NCBI GenBank assembly: GCA_965206595.1
Contig: OZ242214.1
Location: 6,112,001 to 6,176,000, forward strand
Direction of reading: 5' to 3'
Origin: Candidatus Latescibacterota bacterium
Lineage (GTDB): Bacteria; Latescibacterota; UBA2968; UBA8231
Length of the DNA: 64,000 nt
Positions within the stretch are counted from its first letter, which is position 1, and each line of letters opens with the position of its first letter. The position numbers were made by a program, and so were the translations under genes. The notes under the pieces are model-generated. The model saw only the letters and a list, made by a program, of their open reading frames with translations, was not told where the DNA came from and did no database searches. Of the stretch, positions 45,500-56,163 are shown piece after piece.

Positions 45500-48108
45500 A
45501 GTCGGGGGAATTTCGCGAGACATTTCTGAGCTTTTTCGAGGAACGCGGCCACCGGCGTGTGCCGAGCGCCTCGATCGTGCCTGGAGACGACCCTACGCTC
45601 CTGTTCACGAACGCGGGCATGAACCAGTTCAAGGACGTGTTCCTCGGGCACGGGAAGCGGGGCTACAGCCGCGCCGTCGACACCCAGAAGTGCATCCGGG
45701 TCTCGGGCAAACACAACGATCTGGAGGAAGTAGGTGTCAGTCCCTGGCACCACACGTTTTTCGAGATGCTGGGCAACTGGTCGTTCGGCGACTACTTCAA
45801 GGAGGAGGCCATCACCTGGGGATGGGAGCTGGTGACCGAACGCCTCGGCCTGGAGAAGGAGCGACTCTGGGCGACGGTCTTCGAGGGCAGCGAGACGGAG
45901 CAGCTGCAACCGGATGATGAGGCGGAGAGCTTGTGGGTCGGGTGCACGGACCTTCCCGCGGACCGTGTCGTGCGCCTGGGCAGCAAAGAGAACTTCTGGG
46001 AAATGGGGGAGACAGGTCCCTGCGGCCCCTGCTCGGAGATCCACTACTTCCTCGGGGACGACCTCGACCGGCAGAGCGCAGAGCTGCTGCGCCGGGACAG
46101 CGGCGATTTCGTCGAGATCTGGAACCTCGTGTTCATCCAGTTCAACCGCGAGCCCTCCGGTAGTCTGCAGCCCTTGCCGGCCAGGCACGTCGATACCGGA
46201 ATGGGTTTCGAACGGATGTGCAGCCTGCTTCAGCGCCGGGAAAGCAACTACGACACCGATGTTTTCCAGCCGCTGATCGCGAGGATCGCCGATCTCACCG
46301 GAAAGCATCCCGTAGAAGGAAACCTGGTGCCGATGCGGGTGATCGCAGATCACGTCCGCACCCTGACGGTGGCGATTTCGGACGGCGTCCTGCCCTCGAA
46401 CGACGGCCGCGGGTACGTCATGCGGCGCCTGCTGCGCCGCGCCGCCCGCTTTGGCCGCAAGCTCGATCAGCACGGTCCGTTCATCTACAAGCTGACCTCC
46501 ACCGTCGTCGATCAGATGGGCGCCGTTTTCCCGGAGATGGCGCAGAAGTGCGACCACGCAGCCCGGGTCATCCGCTCGGAGGAGGAGAGCTTCGGCGCCA
46601 CCCTGGACCGCGGCCTCGACATCTTCGAAAAACTGAGCGCGAAGGGGGAACTGACCGGGGCCGACGCCTTCATGCTGCACGACACCTACGGTTTTCCGCT
46701 CGACCTGACGGAGCTATTGGCGAGGGAACGCGGCCTCGCCGTCGACACCGGGGGGTTCGAGCGCGAGCTCGAGGTGCAGCGAGCCCGCGCCCGGCGCGCC
46801 ACCAGGAACCAGTTCACCGCTGACGAGAGCATTGGGGTAATCATTGCCGGCGAGCACTCGCGATTCGTCGGCTACACCGAGCTGTCGTCAGCCGCAGAGG
46901 TAGTGAATGCCGAGGTCGATGGTGACGGCGGCGTAAGGCTGTTTCTCGATCGCACTCCTTTCTATGCCGAGGGGGGAGGTCAAATCGGCGATCGCGGTGT
47001 CATAGCAGGGTCCGGTTTTGCCGTCGATGTCGAGAATACGGTCAGGGCCCGCGGGGGTATCATGCACGTCGGCAGGGTTCGCAACGGGGGCGAGCCACCC
47101 GGTGGGGCGGTCAGCGCCGAAGTCGACGCCGCCTCCCGCTCGGCCGCGGCCCGCAACCACACGGCTACACACCTCCTGCACGAGGCGCTGCGTCGAACTC
47201 TGGGGGATCACGTGTCGCAAATGGGCTCGCTGGTCGTCCCCGGCCGCCTGCGTTTCGATTTTTCCCATTACGCCGCGGTGGAGCCGCAACAGATTCGCGA
47301 CGTCGAGGCGCTCGTCAACGAGCAGATTCGCGCCGACAGCGAGATCCTCGCCTTCGAGGAAGATCTCGACACCGCCAGGAAGATGGGTGCCCAGGCGCTG
47401 TTCGGAGAGAAGTATGACAGCCGCGTCAGCGTCGTGCGGATAGGGGAATTCAGCCTCGAACTCTGTGGAGGTACCCACGTCGAAACAACCGGCCGGATCG
47501 GTTCCTTCACCCTGGTTTCAGAAGGGGGTATTGCCGCCGGGACGCGCCGGGTGGAGGCGATCAGCGGCGATGTCGCCGTGGAGGATGCCCGGCGGCACCG
47601 TGACCTCGCCGGAGATCTCTCGCAGCTGCTCAACGCAGGTGCCGACGAGCTTGCCAACCAGATCTGCGAACTGATGCAGCGCAACAAGGAACTGGAGCGG
47701 CAGTTGGAGGAGAGCAGGCACCGAGCCGCGGGAGACGAAGCGGTCCGGCTGGTGGAGCAGGCTGAGCTCATCGAGGGTGTTCGGGTGGTCGCCGGCCGCG
47801 TCGAAACCGAAGATGCCGGGTCGATGCGCAACATGGCCGACGGGCTGCGCGACAACCTCGGCTCCGGCGTCGGCGTACTCGGGGCCGTCTTCAAGGGCAA
47901 GGCCTCGTTCATTGCCGTGGTAACCGACGACCTCATCGTCTCCAGGCGATTGCACGCGGGGGATATCGTGCGTGGGGTGGCCGAGTTGGCAGGGGGGTCC
48001 GGCGGCGGCAAGCCGCACATGGCCCAGGCGGGCGGCCGGGAGCCGGAGAAGGTGGAAGAGGCGCTGGCCGCGGTTCCCGGAATTCTGCACCGGATTCTGC
48101 AAAGGTAG
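45496..48108 (+). CDS. alaS: Alanine--tRNA ligase
   Basis: LLFTNAGM, HHTFFEMLGN, GPCGPCSE, DTGMG, NHTATHLLH, ELCGGTH, GGGKP. Confidence 0.99.
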   Translation: MKSGEFRETFLSFFEERGHRRVPSASIVPGDDPTLLFTNAGMNQFKDVFLGHGKRGYSRAVDTQKCIRVSGKHNDLEEVGVSPWHHTFFEMLGNWSFGDYFKEEAITWGWELVTERLGLEKERLWATVFEGSETEQLQPDDEAESLWVGCTDLPADRVVRLGSKENFWEMGETGPCGPCSEIHYFLGDDLDRQSAELLRRDSGDFVEIWNLVFIQFNREPSGSLQPLPARHVDTGMGFERMCSLLQRRESNYDTDVFQPLIARIADLTGKHPVEGNLVPMRVIADHVRTLTVAISDGVLPSNDGRGYVMRRLLRRAARFGRKLDQHGPFIYKLTSTVVDQMGAVFPEMAQKCDHAARVIRSEEESFGATLDRGLDIFEKLSAKGELTGADAFMLHDTYGFPLDLTELLARERGLAVDTGGFERELEVQRARARRATRNQFTADESIGVIIAGEHSRFVGYTELSSAAEVVNAEVDGDGGVRLFLDRTPFYAEGGGQIGDRGVIAGSGFAVDVENTVRARGGIMHVGRVRNGGEPPGGAVSAEVDAASRSAAARNHTATHLLHEALRRTLGDHVSQMGSLVVPGRLRFDFSHYAAVEPQQIRDVEALVNEQIRADSEILAFEEDLDTARKMGAQALFGEKYDSRVSVVRIGEFSLELCGGTHVETTGRIGSFTLVSEGGIAAGTRRVEAISGDVAVEDARRHRDLAGDLSQLLNAGADELANQICELMQRNKELERQLEESRHRAAGDEAVRLVEQAELIEGVRVVAGRVETEDAGSMRNMADGLRDNLGSGVGVLGAVFKGKASFIAVVTDDLIVSRRLHAGDIVRGVAELAGGSGGGKPHMAQAGGREPEKVEEALAAVPGILHRILQR

Positions 48109-48115
48109 ACGGAGA

Positions 48116-48940
48116 GTGGAACGGACTGCGCCATACGATCCTGATTCTCCATCCGCGGGACGCCGACCCTGGAACGAGTGCGACGGACAGAATAAAACCA
48201 CCGTCCATGAATACCTCCTCTCCGTGCGCGATTCCCGGGGAGCCGGGTACCTGCCTCTTCTCGATCCGGACCGACTGTCCCTCGACGAGCTGGAAGCAAG
48301 GGCGGAGGCGTGCGCCGAAGTGGGTGCCGACGCGATTCTCGTCGGCACGAGCCTGATGCTGTCGACGAGCCGGAATTCCGCCCTCTTCGAGCGCTTGAAG
48401 CAGTCTGTCGACATTCCCGTCATCAGCTTTCCAGGGGATGCCAGCCAGGTCGTGTCCACCGCCGATGCCCTGCTTTTTCTCGCAATGATAAGCGGCCGCA
48501 ATCCCGAGTTGCTCATCGGCCAGCACGTGCGCGCCGCGCCGCTGCTGAAGGAGTACGGCATCGAGGTCATCCCCACGGGGTACATGCTGATAGAATCCGG
48601 GACCCTGACGTCGGCGGAGTACATGAGTTCGACGCGGCCGATGCCCAAGGCGAAGAAGGACATCGCCATGGCGCATGCCCTCGCCGCGGAATATCTCGGC
48701 ATGAAGCTGATCTACATGGACACCGGCAGCGGCGCCGGCGATTCGGTTTCCGGGCAGCTCATTACCGCGGTGGTCGACTACGTCTCCCTCCCCGTGATCG
48801 TTGGCGGCGGTATTCGGGATCCGGAGACGGTGCGGGAAAAGGTCGACTCCGGGGCGAGCTTCGTCGTGACCGGGACCGCTGTCGAAGCCGATCCTGCACG
48901 GCTTCGACAGCTGAGCGACGCCGTGCACTTTAAAGGTTGA
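48116..48940 (+). CDS. Group II geranylgeranylglyceryl/heptaprenylglyceryl phosphate synthase
   Basis: LLDPD, AILVGTS, FPGD, ISGRNPELLIG, PTGYMLIESG, AAEYLGMKLIYMDTGSGA, VGGGIR. Confidence 0.93.
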   Translation: MERTAPYDPDSPSAGRRPWNECDGQNKTTVHEYLLSVRDSRGAGYLPLLDPDRLSLDELEARAEACAEVGADAILVGTSLMLSTSRNSALFERLKQSVDIPVISFPGDASQVVSTADALLFLAMISGRNPELLIGQHVRAAPLLKEYGIEVIPTGYMLIESGTLTSAEYMSSTRPMPKAKKDIAMAHALAAEYLGMKLIYMDTGSGAGDSVSGQLITAVVDYVSLPVIVGGGIRDPETVREKVDSGASFVVTGTAVEADPARLRQLSDAVHFKG

Positions 48941-48968
48941 GCGAGATGCAGCAAGCGAGTCCGCAGCC

Positions 48969-49241
48969 GTGGTAGCAAAAGAAGCGGTCATAGCGAACCG
49001 GCTCGGGATTCACGCCCGTCCGGCAACCCTTCTGGTAAAGGAAGCGGCGAACTTCGAAGCGGACATCTTTCTGTCGAAGGGGAGCATCCGGCGCATCAAC
49101 GGCAAGAGCATCATGGGAGTGATGATGCTGGCCGCGGAAGAAGGTTCGACAGTGCTGGTCGAAGCCGAGGGCCCCGACGAAGAGGCGGCGGTCGCAGCGA
49201 TTGCCGGGCTTCTAACGAGCAGTTTCGAAGAGGCTGCGTGA
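48969..49241 (+). CDS. ptsH: Phosphocarrier protein HPr
   Basis: GIHARPA (His15) and KSIMGVMML (Ser46). Confidence 0.96.
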   Translation: MVAKEAVIANRLGIHARPATLLVKEAANFEADIFLSKGSIRRINGKSIMGVMMLAAEEGSTVLVEAEGPDEEAAVAAIAGLLTSSFEEAA

Positions 49242-51016
49242 GCGACGAAGTTCACATACTGCGAGGTATTCCGGCATCACCCGGTATCGGAATCGGGAAG
49301 GCCTTTCTCTACCGGGCGGAGTCTCCCCCCGTGGTGCGTCGCCGGGTTGCGCCACATCTTGCCGACAGCGAAGAGGATCGTTTCCTCAACGCCCTGCAGA
49401 TGGTTGGCGACGAGGTCCTGCGCACAAGACACCTCGTGGAGATCGAGCACGGGGACGACCTCGCCCAGATCTTCGATGCCCAGCTGGCCATGCTGGAAGA
49501 CGAGCAGGTCAAGGACCGAACCGTCGAGATCATTCGCAGGGAACACCTCGCCGCGGAGCCGGCCTTCGTTCAGAATATGCGATCACTGCAGGCGGCATTC
49601 GAGGATCCCGACAACGACTACCTCCGGGCCCGGGCGGCGGATGTCCGGGACATCGAGCACCAGGTGTTGATGCGCCTCCTCGGTGGTGGCCTTCACGGAC
49701 TGCACTCGTTGCGTTCCAACACGATCGTCGTCGCCCGCGACCTGTTGCCTTCCGAATCGGTGCGCCTGGGCCGCAGACTGGTCAAGGGGCTGGTTCTCGA
49801 CCAGGGGGGAGCGACGTACCACGCCGTCATCATTGCGCGCTCGCTCGGCCTGCCTTCGGTGGTCGGCACTGAGGTCGCTTCCCGATCCATCCGCTCCGGG
49901 GATCCCCTCGTCGTCGACGGCGACGAGGGCAGCGTGCACGTCTTACCGGGGGCGGAGAGGTTGCGATATTACCAGTCCGAGCTGCGCCGCCAGCACCGGC
50001 GGGAGCGCGACCTGCGCACGCGCCGGGATCTTCCGGCGACGACGCGGGACGGGACGGAGATCGACCTCATGGCCAACGTCGACCTGCAGCAGGAGGTCGA
50101 CGTCGCCCTCGAGAACGGCGCCGCCGGGGTCGGCATGTTCCGCACCGAGTTCCTCTTCATGGACCACCGCCCGCCAACGGAGGAGGAGCAGCTGGAAATC
50201 TATCGCGGCGCGGTGGAAGCAATGGCGCCACGCCCCGTCGTCATCCGCACCTTCGACCTGGGCGGGGACAAGCTCACCAGCTCGCTGGGGCCGGTTTCGG
50301 AACGCAACCCGTTCCTCGGGTTGCGGGGGATTCGTCTCTGTCTCGACAATCCGGAGTTCTTCAAGGTGCAACTGCGGGCACTCCTGCGCGCCGCGGCCGG
50401 GGCCGACCTGCGCATCCTGATTCCGATGATCACCACCCTGAACGAGTTGCGGCAGACGAAGAACCTGATCCGCGAAGCTGCACGGGAGCTGCGCGAACGG
50501 GGGCTGGAGCACTCGGCCGACTGCAAGGTCGGGATCATGGTCGAGGTGCCATCGACGGCAATCACCATAGACAGGTTCGTTCCGGAGGTCGACTTCCTGA
50601 GCCTCGGAACCAACGATCTGGTGCAGTACACCCTCGCGGTCGATCGCACGACCCCGAAAGTAGCGGATCTTTACGATCACTATGATCCAGCGGTCCTGAG
50701 GCTCATCAAGGATGTCGCGGACAGTGGCCGGCGCAACGGCGTGACGACAAGCATTTGCGGCGAGATGGCCGGGGATCCGCTGGCGGCCGTTCTCCTCCTC
50801 GGGTTGGGGGTCGAGACATTGAGTGTCAGTCCGGGGCTGATACCGGAGCTGAAGGAAGCGGTGCGGTCGATCGCGATCTCCCGGGCGCGGGAAATCGCCG
50901 CTCACTGCCTCACCCTGGAATCCGGAGCTGCAGTGCGCACCTGCCTTGAGAAAGCCTTTTCCGAAAGCGCCGTGCCGCGGCGAAAGCCACCGCGATTCCA
51001 AGAGCGGGGAGAGTGA
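49238..51016 (+). CDS. ptsI: PTS enzyme I
   Basis: [55 protein letters not shown]. Confidence 0.96.
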   Translation: MSDEVHILRGIPASPGIGIGKAFLYRAESPPVVRRRVAPHLADSEEDRFLNALQMVGDEVLRTRHLVEIEHGDDLAQIFDAQLAMLEDEQVKDRTVEIIRREHLAAEPAFVQNMRSLQAAFEDPDNDYLRARAADVRDIEHQVLMRLLGGGLHGLHSLRSNTIVVARDLLPSESVRLGRRLVKGLVLDQGGATYHAVIIARSLGLPSVVGTEVASRSIRSGDPLVVDGDEGSVHVLPGAERLRYYQSELRRQHRRERDLRTRRDLPATTRDGTEIDLMANVDLQQEVDVALENGAAGVGMFRTEFLFMDHRPPTEEEQLEIYRGAVEAMAPRPVVIRTFDLGGDKLTSSLGPVSERNPFLGLRGIRLCLDNPEFFKVQLRALLRAAAGADLRILIPMITTLNELRQTKNLIREAARELRERGLEHSADCKVGIMVEVPSTAITIDRFVPEVDFLSLGTNDLVQYTLAVDRTTPKVADLYDHYDPAVLRLIKDVADSGRRNGVTTSICGEMAGDPLAAVLLLGLGVETLSVSPGLIPELKEAVRSIAISRAREIAAHCLTLESGAAVRTCLEKAFSESAVPRRKPPRFQERGE

Positions 51017-51089
51017 AAGAAAACAGCCCCGGTTTCAGCGGCCGCTGGAACTTCAAAAGCGCGTCTGCGAGATTGCGAAAGGAAGAAGC

Positions 51090-52253
51090 GTGAGCAGATC
51101 CCTGTTTACTTCGGAATCGGTTTCGGAGGGACACCCGGACAAGGTGGCCGACCAGATCTCAGACGCCATCCTCGATGCCATGCTTGAGCAGGACCCCTCC
51201 TCGCGGGTGGCCTGCGAGTCGCTGGTCACGACGGGGCAGGTGGTCATTGCGGGAGAGGTGACCACTCGAGCCCAGGTCGACATCCAGGGACTGGTGCGCA
51301 AGACCATTCGAGAGATCGGCTACGACGACCCCGAATACGGGTTCGACTACCGCTCCTGCGGCATCTCGCTCGCCCTCGACCGGCAGTCTCCCGACATCTC
51401 CCAGGGGGTGGACGAAGAACAGGGGCTGCACGCGGAGATGGGTGCCGGGGACCAGGGGATGATGTTCGGATACGCCTGTCGCGAGACTTCGCAACTGATG
51501 CCGCTGCCTATCATGCTTGCGCACCAGCTGCTGCAACACCTGAGACGGCTGCGCAGACGCTCCGCGCTTCCCTACCTGAGACCGGACGCGAAATCGCAGG
51601 TGACCGTCGAGTACGTCGACGGCAGACCGAGCCGCGTCGACACTGTGGTGATATCCACACAGCACGGCCCGAAGGCATCCCACCAGTGCATTCGACGCGA
51701 CATGATCGCGCAGGTGATAAGGAAGGTGATTCCCGCGAGGCTTCTCGACCGGGACACGGTTTTTCACGTCAACCCGACCGGACGCTTCGTCGTCGGAGGT
51801 CCGCACGGCGACTGCGGGCTGACCGGTCGCAAGATCATCGTCGATACCTACGGCGGCATGTGCCCGCACGGTGGGGGAGCCTTTTCGGGAAAGGACCCGA
51901 CCAAGGTCGACCGCAGTGCCCACTACATGGCGCGCTACATCGCCAAGAATGTCGTCGCCTCCCGTCTCGCCGACCGTTGCCAGCTGCAGCTGGCCTACGC
52001 CATCGGCATCGCCGATCCGGTTTCCATCCATGTCGATACATTCGGTTCGGGGCGCCGTCCCGACGGCGAGATCGCCGACCTCGTACGCAAGGTCTTCGCC
52101 CTGACGCCGAAGGGCATTATCGAGCACTTGCGCCTGAGGCGTCCGATATTTCTGAAGACCGCCGCCTACGGCCACTTCGGTCGCTCCGGGCCGGGCTTCG
52201 CCTGGGAAAAGACCGATTGCGCCGCCGATCTGAAACAGCTGGCAAAACTGTAA
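51090..52253 (+). CDS. metK: S-adenosylmethionine synthetase
   Basis: [47 protein letters not shown]. Confidence 0.99.
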   Translation: MSRSLFTSESVSEGHPDKVADQISDAILDAMLEQDPSSRVACESLVTTGQVVIAGEVTTRAQVDIQGLVRKTIREIGYDDPEYGFDYRSCGISLALDRQSPDISQGVDEEQGLHAEMGAGDQGMMFGYACRETSQLMPLPIMLAHQLLQHLRRLRRRSALPYLRPDAKSQVTVEYVDGRPSRVDTVVISTQHGPKASHQCIRRDMIAQVIRKVIPARLLDRDTVFHVNPTGRFVVGGPHGDCGLTGRKIIVDTYGGMCPHGGGAFSGKDPTKVDRSAHYMARYIAKNVVASRLADRCQLQLAYAIGIADPVSIHVDTFGSGRRPDGEIADLVRKVFALTPKGIIEHLRLRRPIFLKTAAYGHFGRSGPGFAWEKTDCAADLKQLAKL

Positions 52254-52308
52254 GCGGCAGGCCTTTCGACGAGCGCGATCGCCGCCCGCGCCTCGAAGGA
52301 GTGTGATC

Positions 52309-54381
52309 ATGCCGGAGAAAGCCCGCGAGCGAATCCGGCGGCTGGCCCGGCCTTTTTTGAGAGCACTGGCTCCGCCCTTCTTCTGTTCTTTCCTGTTCTG
52401 TTCTTTCCTGCTTGCCCTCCCCGGCTGCACGGTAAAGAGACCCCAGGTTCCGATACTCGATCTAACGGTGAGCATCTCGGTCGCCGACGATACGACGACG
52501 ATTCGCGACGTCGCCAAGCGCACGGAGTTTCTGCGGATCGACTCAGACGACCGCTTGGCTCTCGATTTTACCAGCGAGTTCGACGGGGGTGCCGAAGTCG
52601 GAGACAGCCTGCAGGTGACCCCGGGGCAGGGAACCTTCCGCACTCCGCTCGGGCCGATCTCGATCCCAGGTCAGGGAATTCCCGTTACCGGAATCTCCCT
52701 GAGCAGCCTGCTGGGAAAAGAGATCCCGGAAACCGACTCGGCGGTACCCCTTGCGGGAACCGATTTCGAAACCGAGGTCCGGTTCACACTCGAAGACGCG
52801 ACCTCGTTGACAATCGAGGAGGGCGGCTTCAACCTGTCCATCCACAGCAAACTGCCGATACCGGTCGCAATGAAGCTGGTCCTGGTCGACGCCGGCAAAG
52901 GCGGCGTCGAGGTGGAGGAGATCGACTTGGGAAGCATCGCTCCCGGCGACTCCGCGGCCGCCTACTTCGACCTGGGCGGAAAAAGGATTTCGGGCTCTCT
53001 GGTGTTTCGCGTCGCCGGGGCCACGGATGAAGCCGAGGTGCAGATCCAGGGGGAACCCGCTCTGGAGATTTCGGGCGTTCTGCGCGACCTGAAAGTGAGC
53101 GAGGTCACCGGGATGATTCCGCAACAGGTTTTGGCCGGCGTCCATATCCTGGAGATTGCCGACGACCGCATCCGGGCTACCCGCGCCGAGATCAGTGAAG
53201 GGGTAGTCGCTCTCGAGGTCGGGAACGGAACTTCAGTCCCTTTGTCCGTTACCCTGACACTAGACGACCTGCGCGCGTCTGACGGGGAGATTCGCACTTT
53301 CACCGTCGACAAGCTCCTTCCCGGCGAGGAAAGGCAGGTTCTCTTCGACCTCGCCGGCAACGAGTTCGTTCCCCTGGATCCGCTTTCGATCCGGCTTTCC
53401 TGGGAGGTCACGACGCTGGCGACGGAGACCGAGGCGACCATCCGGTCCGACGACGAGTTGCAGGTGGAGGCACGTCCCGGAAGAATCCTGTTCAACCGTC
53501 TTGAGGGGACTCTCGACAGGGTCGAGCTGCCAATGAATACGGTCACCGATACCATCGATTTTCCGAACGGCCTGAATCAAGTCGCGCTGAGTTCCACCTC
53601 GCTCGCCGTCTTCGTGACCTCGGCGGCCGCCTACAGCAGCGAGCTGAATCTGTCGATCATCGGTACCAACCTGTGGGGGGAAAGCAGCACCATATTGGAT
53701 TCACAGGTTCTCCCACCGGGAAATCCGGACGCCCCGGTCAGCATTGCGATCGAACGAGACTCCGAGGACCTGATCAGCTTCATGAACCTGCTGCCCACCG
53801 AAATCACCATCGTCCCGGAGGTCTTCCTCGGGGACGGCGCCAGCGCCGGCGAGATCGAGGCCGGTGACTGGGTCAGGCTCGACAGCCTCGTGTTCGATGT
53901 TCCTGCCCGCTTCCGGATCACCGGCGATACACGGATCGAGCCGGACCCGGTGCACCGCGAGTTCTCGGACGACGAATGGAGGCGGCGCATCCGCTCCAAT
54001 CTCAAGAGCGCCTCGGTCACAACGAAGATCGAGAGCCACATCCCCCTGGGATTGACGGTCAGCATCCAGGTCGGCAGGACCGAGGAGGGGGTGTACAGGA
54101 ATCCGGTGCTGACCATACCGACCGACGGGACCGGATTCGGCGTCGCCGCGGCTCCAGTCGACAAGGACGGGCGGGTCGTCGCAACGACACGGTCCGAGAA
54201 GGCCTTGGAGCTCACGGCAGAGGACGTTCTGGTCTTCCTGGAGGAAGGAGGCGTCTACACCGGAGTGCTAGTGCAGGTCGAGAGCACCGATGGCGAAATC
54301 GAGCTGTTCGGCAGCGACTTCTTCACCGTGCAGGCGGGGGCGCGGATCTTCATCGAGCTGAACGAGAGCCTGGTGGAGTAA
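52309..54381 (+). CDS. Large hypothetical beta-rich lipoprotein
   Basis: AAGGAG RBS; lipobox LPGC; acidic, beta-strand-rich mature region; no catalytic motif recognised. Confidence 0.75.
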   Translation: MPEKARERIRRLARPFLRALAPPFFCSFLFCSFLLALPGCTVKRPQVPILDLTVSISVADDTTTIRDVAKRTEFLRIDSDDRLALDFTSEFDGGAEVGDSLQVTPGQGTFRTPLGPISIPGQGIPVTGISLSSLLGKEIPETDSAVPLAGTDFETEVRFTLEDATSLTIEEGGFNLSIHSKLPIPVAMKLVLVDAGKGGVEVEEIDLGSIAPGDSAAAYFDLGGKRISGSLVFRVAGATDEAEVQIQGEPALEISGVLRDLKVSEVTGMIPQQVLAGVHILEIADDRIRATRAEISEGVVALEVGNGTSVPLSVTLTLDDLRASDGEIRTFTVDKLLPGEERQVLFDLAGNEFVPLDPLSIRLSWEVTTLATETEATIRSDDELQVEARPGRILFNRLEGTLDRVELPMNTVTDTIDFPNGLNQVALSSTSLAVFVTSAAAYSSELNLSIIGTNLWGESSTILDSQVLPPGNPDAPVSIAIERDSEDLISFMNLLPTEITIVPEVFLGDGASAGEIEAGDWVRLDSLVFDVPARFRITGDTRIEPDPVHREFSDDEWRRRIRSNLKSASVTTKIESHIPLGLTVSIQVGRTEEGVYRNPVLTIPTDGTGFGVAAAPVDKDGRVVATTRSEKALELTAEDVLVFLEEGGVYTGVLVQVESTDGEIELFGSDFFTVQAGARIFIELNESLVE

Positions 54382-54396
54382 CGGGGCCGGCGAGAG

Positions 54397-55815
54397 ATGA
54401 CCGGGATACCGAAGGCCGGAATGCTTTCCATCCACTGGCGGGAAACAGCCACCGCGATGGTGCTGACGCTGGCCTTCGAAGGTTCCCTGTTCGCCCTCAG
54501 CGACACCGAACCGCGGGCGCTGGCGCTCGGGCAGGCGTACACCGCATTGGCGAGAGGGCCGGAAGCGGTCTTCTGGAATCCCGCCAACCTCGCCCTGGGC
54601 GGAGGGCCAAAATTAAAATGGGAGGTGTTTGGTGCCGGCCTGACCCTGATAACGGAAAACAACAGTTTCTCCGTCCGCACCTACAACGACAACTTCACCG
54701 ACGACACTCACAGGATCGGGACAGCCGAAAAGAAGGAGCTGCTCGGGGATATCCCCGCGGACGGATTGAGGTTCAATGCCGACCTCGTGCCGTTCATTTC
54801 CGCCGGTCTGCCCGTCAACGGGGGCATCTCCTTTCCCCTCAGGAATGGGATTCAGGCCGCGGTCACCACGAACGTCGCCTTCGGAGTGGAGGGGGAAATG
54901 CCGAAGGACATGTTCGATTTGATGTTGTTCGGCAACGAATTCGACCGCCCCTACGAAATCGCCAAGTGGGACGGGTCTTCCTGGCTAGTCGGGGGGGTGA
55001 ACTTTGCGGGGGCGAAACCCTGGATGCCCGCCAGGCTTGCCTCGCACCTGCGCGAGTTCACGGTTGGAGGGACCGTGAAGATTTCAGGAGGGGCCTACGG
55101 CGAAATCACCCGGTCCGATGGCGGCATGATCTCACGCATCCAGGGAACCGACCTGGAGGGGTTTGCGCTCGTCCGGCGCAGCGGTGGCATCGGACTCGGG
55201 GTGGACTTCGGGGTGGCCGGCGTCACCACGGACGGCAGGACCACCTTCAGCGCCGGCATGCTCAATCTTCTGGATTTCATCCGCTGGAACATCGGAGCGC
55301 GACAGGACTCGGTGTTTTCCAAGGCGACCAGCCTGCGGGTGACCCGCTTTCTCGAGCCGGACCAGGTCCGGATGAGGGACGTGCTCGAGAACGAGGACAT
55401 CGACGGCGACGGCGATCCCGATTTTCGCGAGAGCCTCAGCGAGGACGGCTTCTTTCGCTCGCTGCCGGCGATGCTGCGCGTGGGGTTCGCACACTGGCCG
55501 ATTCCCCACATGACGGTGGTCGGCAACTACGACCAGGCCTTGAGCTCCGGTTTCGGGATATCCCCGATGCCCAAGATCTCCACCGGAGCCGAGTACCGCC
55601 TGGTGCCGTGGTTTCCTACGCGAATCGGTTTGTCGATCGGGGGACGCAGCAGCAGCACCGGTGTGGGTTTCGCCTTCGGGCCGTTCAACGTCGGCCACGC
55701 GCAGCTAGAGTTTTTCGATCTCGCGCTGGTGACTCGCGGGGGATTGCTGCCGGGCTTTTCGAAAGGCTCCGCCATGTCGATCATGTTCTTCCGCTTCAAT
55801 TTCATCAATGCCTGA
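54397..55815 (+). CDS. Outer-membrane beta-barrel protein (FadL/PorV/DUF5723-like)
   Basis: PRALALGQAYTA...AVFWNPANLA N-terminal motif; GIGLGVDFG and GAEYRL strands; aromatic C-terminus; start uncertain. Confidence 0.75.
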   Translation: MTGIPKAGMLSIHWRETATAMVLTLAFEGSLFALSDTEPRALALGQAYTALARGPEAVFWNPANLALGGGPKLKWEVFGAGLTLITENNSFSVRTYNDNFTDDTHRIGTAEKKELLGDIPADGLRFNADLVPFISAGLPVNGGISFPLRNGIQAAVTTNVAFGVEGEMPKDMFDLMLFGNEFDRPYEIAKWDGSSWLVGGVNFAGAKPWMPARLASHLREFTVGGTVKISGGAYGEITRSDGGMISRIQGTDLEGFALVRRSGGIGLGVDFGVAGVTTDGRTTFSAGMLNLLDFIRWNIGARQDSVFSKATSLRVTRFLEPDQVRMRDVLENEDIDGDGDPDFRESLSEDGFFRSLPAMLRVGFAHWPIPHMTVVGNYDQALSSGFGISPMPKISTGAEYRLVPWFPTRIGLSIGGRSSSTGVGFAFGPFNVGHAQLEFFDLALVTRGGLLPGFSKGSAMSIMFFRFNFINA

Positions 55816-55986
55816 AATCCACCGGTCCCCCTATCCCAGAAATACCAAAGCCCCCCGACACAAAATGGCGCCGAGGGCTCATAGAAATGAACGAGGCCTC
55901 TGTAAAAATCCAAAGGCCTCGAATGTGAGAAGCGATGCTCCTCGTCAGACGGCTCCAAGACCGCGGTGCCGCCGGTGGGGGATCGC

Positions 55987-56163
55987 CTAACGGTTGGGGT
56001 TGCTCCACCAACCGGAACCGGAACCGGAACCGTCTGAAGTATCCTGCTGCCCCTGCTCGCCTGTCGTCCCGATACCGCCGCCGACCTTTTCAGCCTCGTT
56101 GTCTTCGAGGGGCTCAACCTCTGCGTCCTTCGCTTCTTCTTCGCGCTTCTTTTCTTCGCTCAT
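55987..56163 (-). CDS. Putative double-glycine-leader peptide precursor (58 aa)
   Basis: AGGAGG RBS 8 nt before ATG; leader ending EPLEDNEAEKVGG; directly downstream of a C39-peptidase ABC exporter on the same strand. Confidence 0.8.
   Translation of the reverse strand: MSEEKKREEEAKDAEVEPLEDNEAEKVGGGIGTTGEQGQQDTSDGSGSGSGWWSNPNR

Noticed and set aside
51017-51089. SAM riboswitch before metK
   Set aside because: Gap is only 73 bp with a short palindrome and no SAM-I/II consensus.
55893-55920. GAGGCCT...AGGCCTC inverted repeat as an IS scar or terminator
   Set aside because: Too short, no clear TSD or U-tail; cannot be supported.
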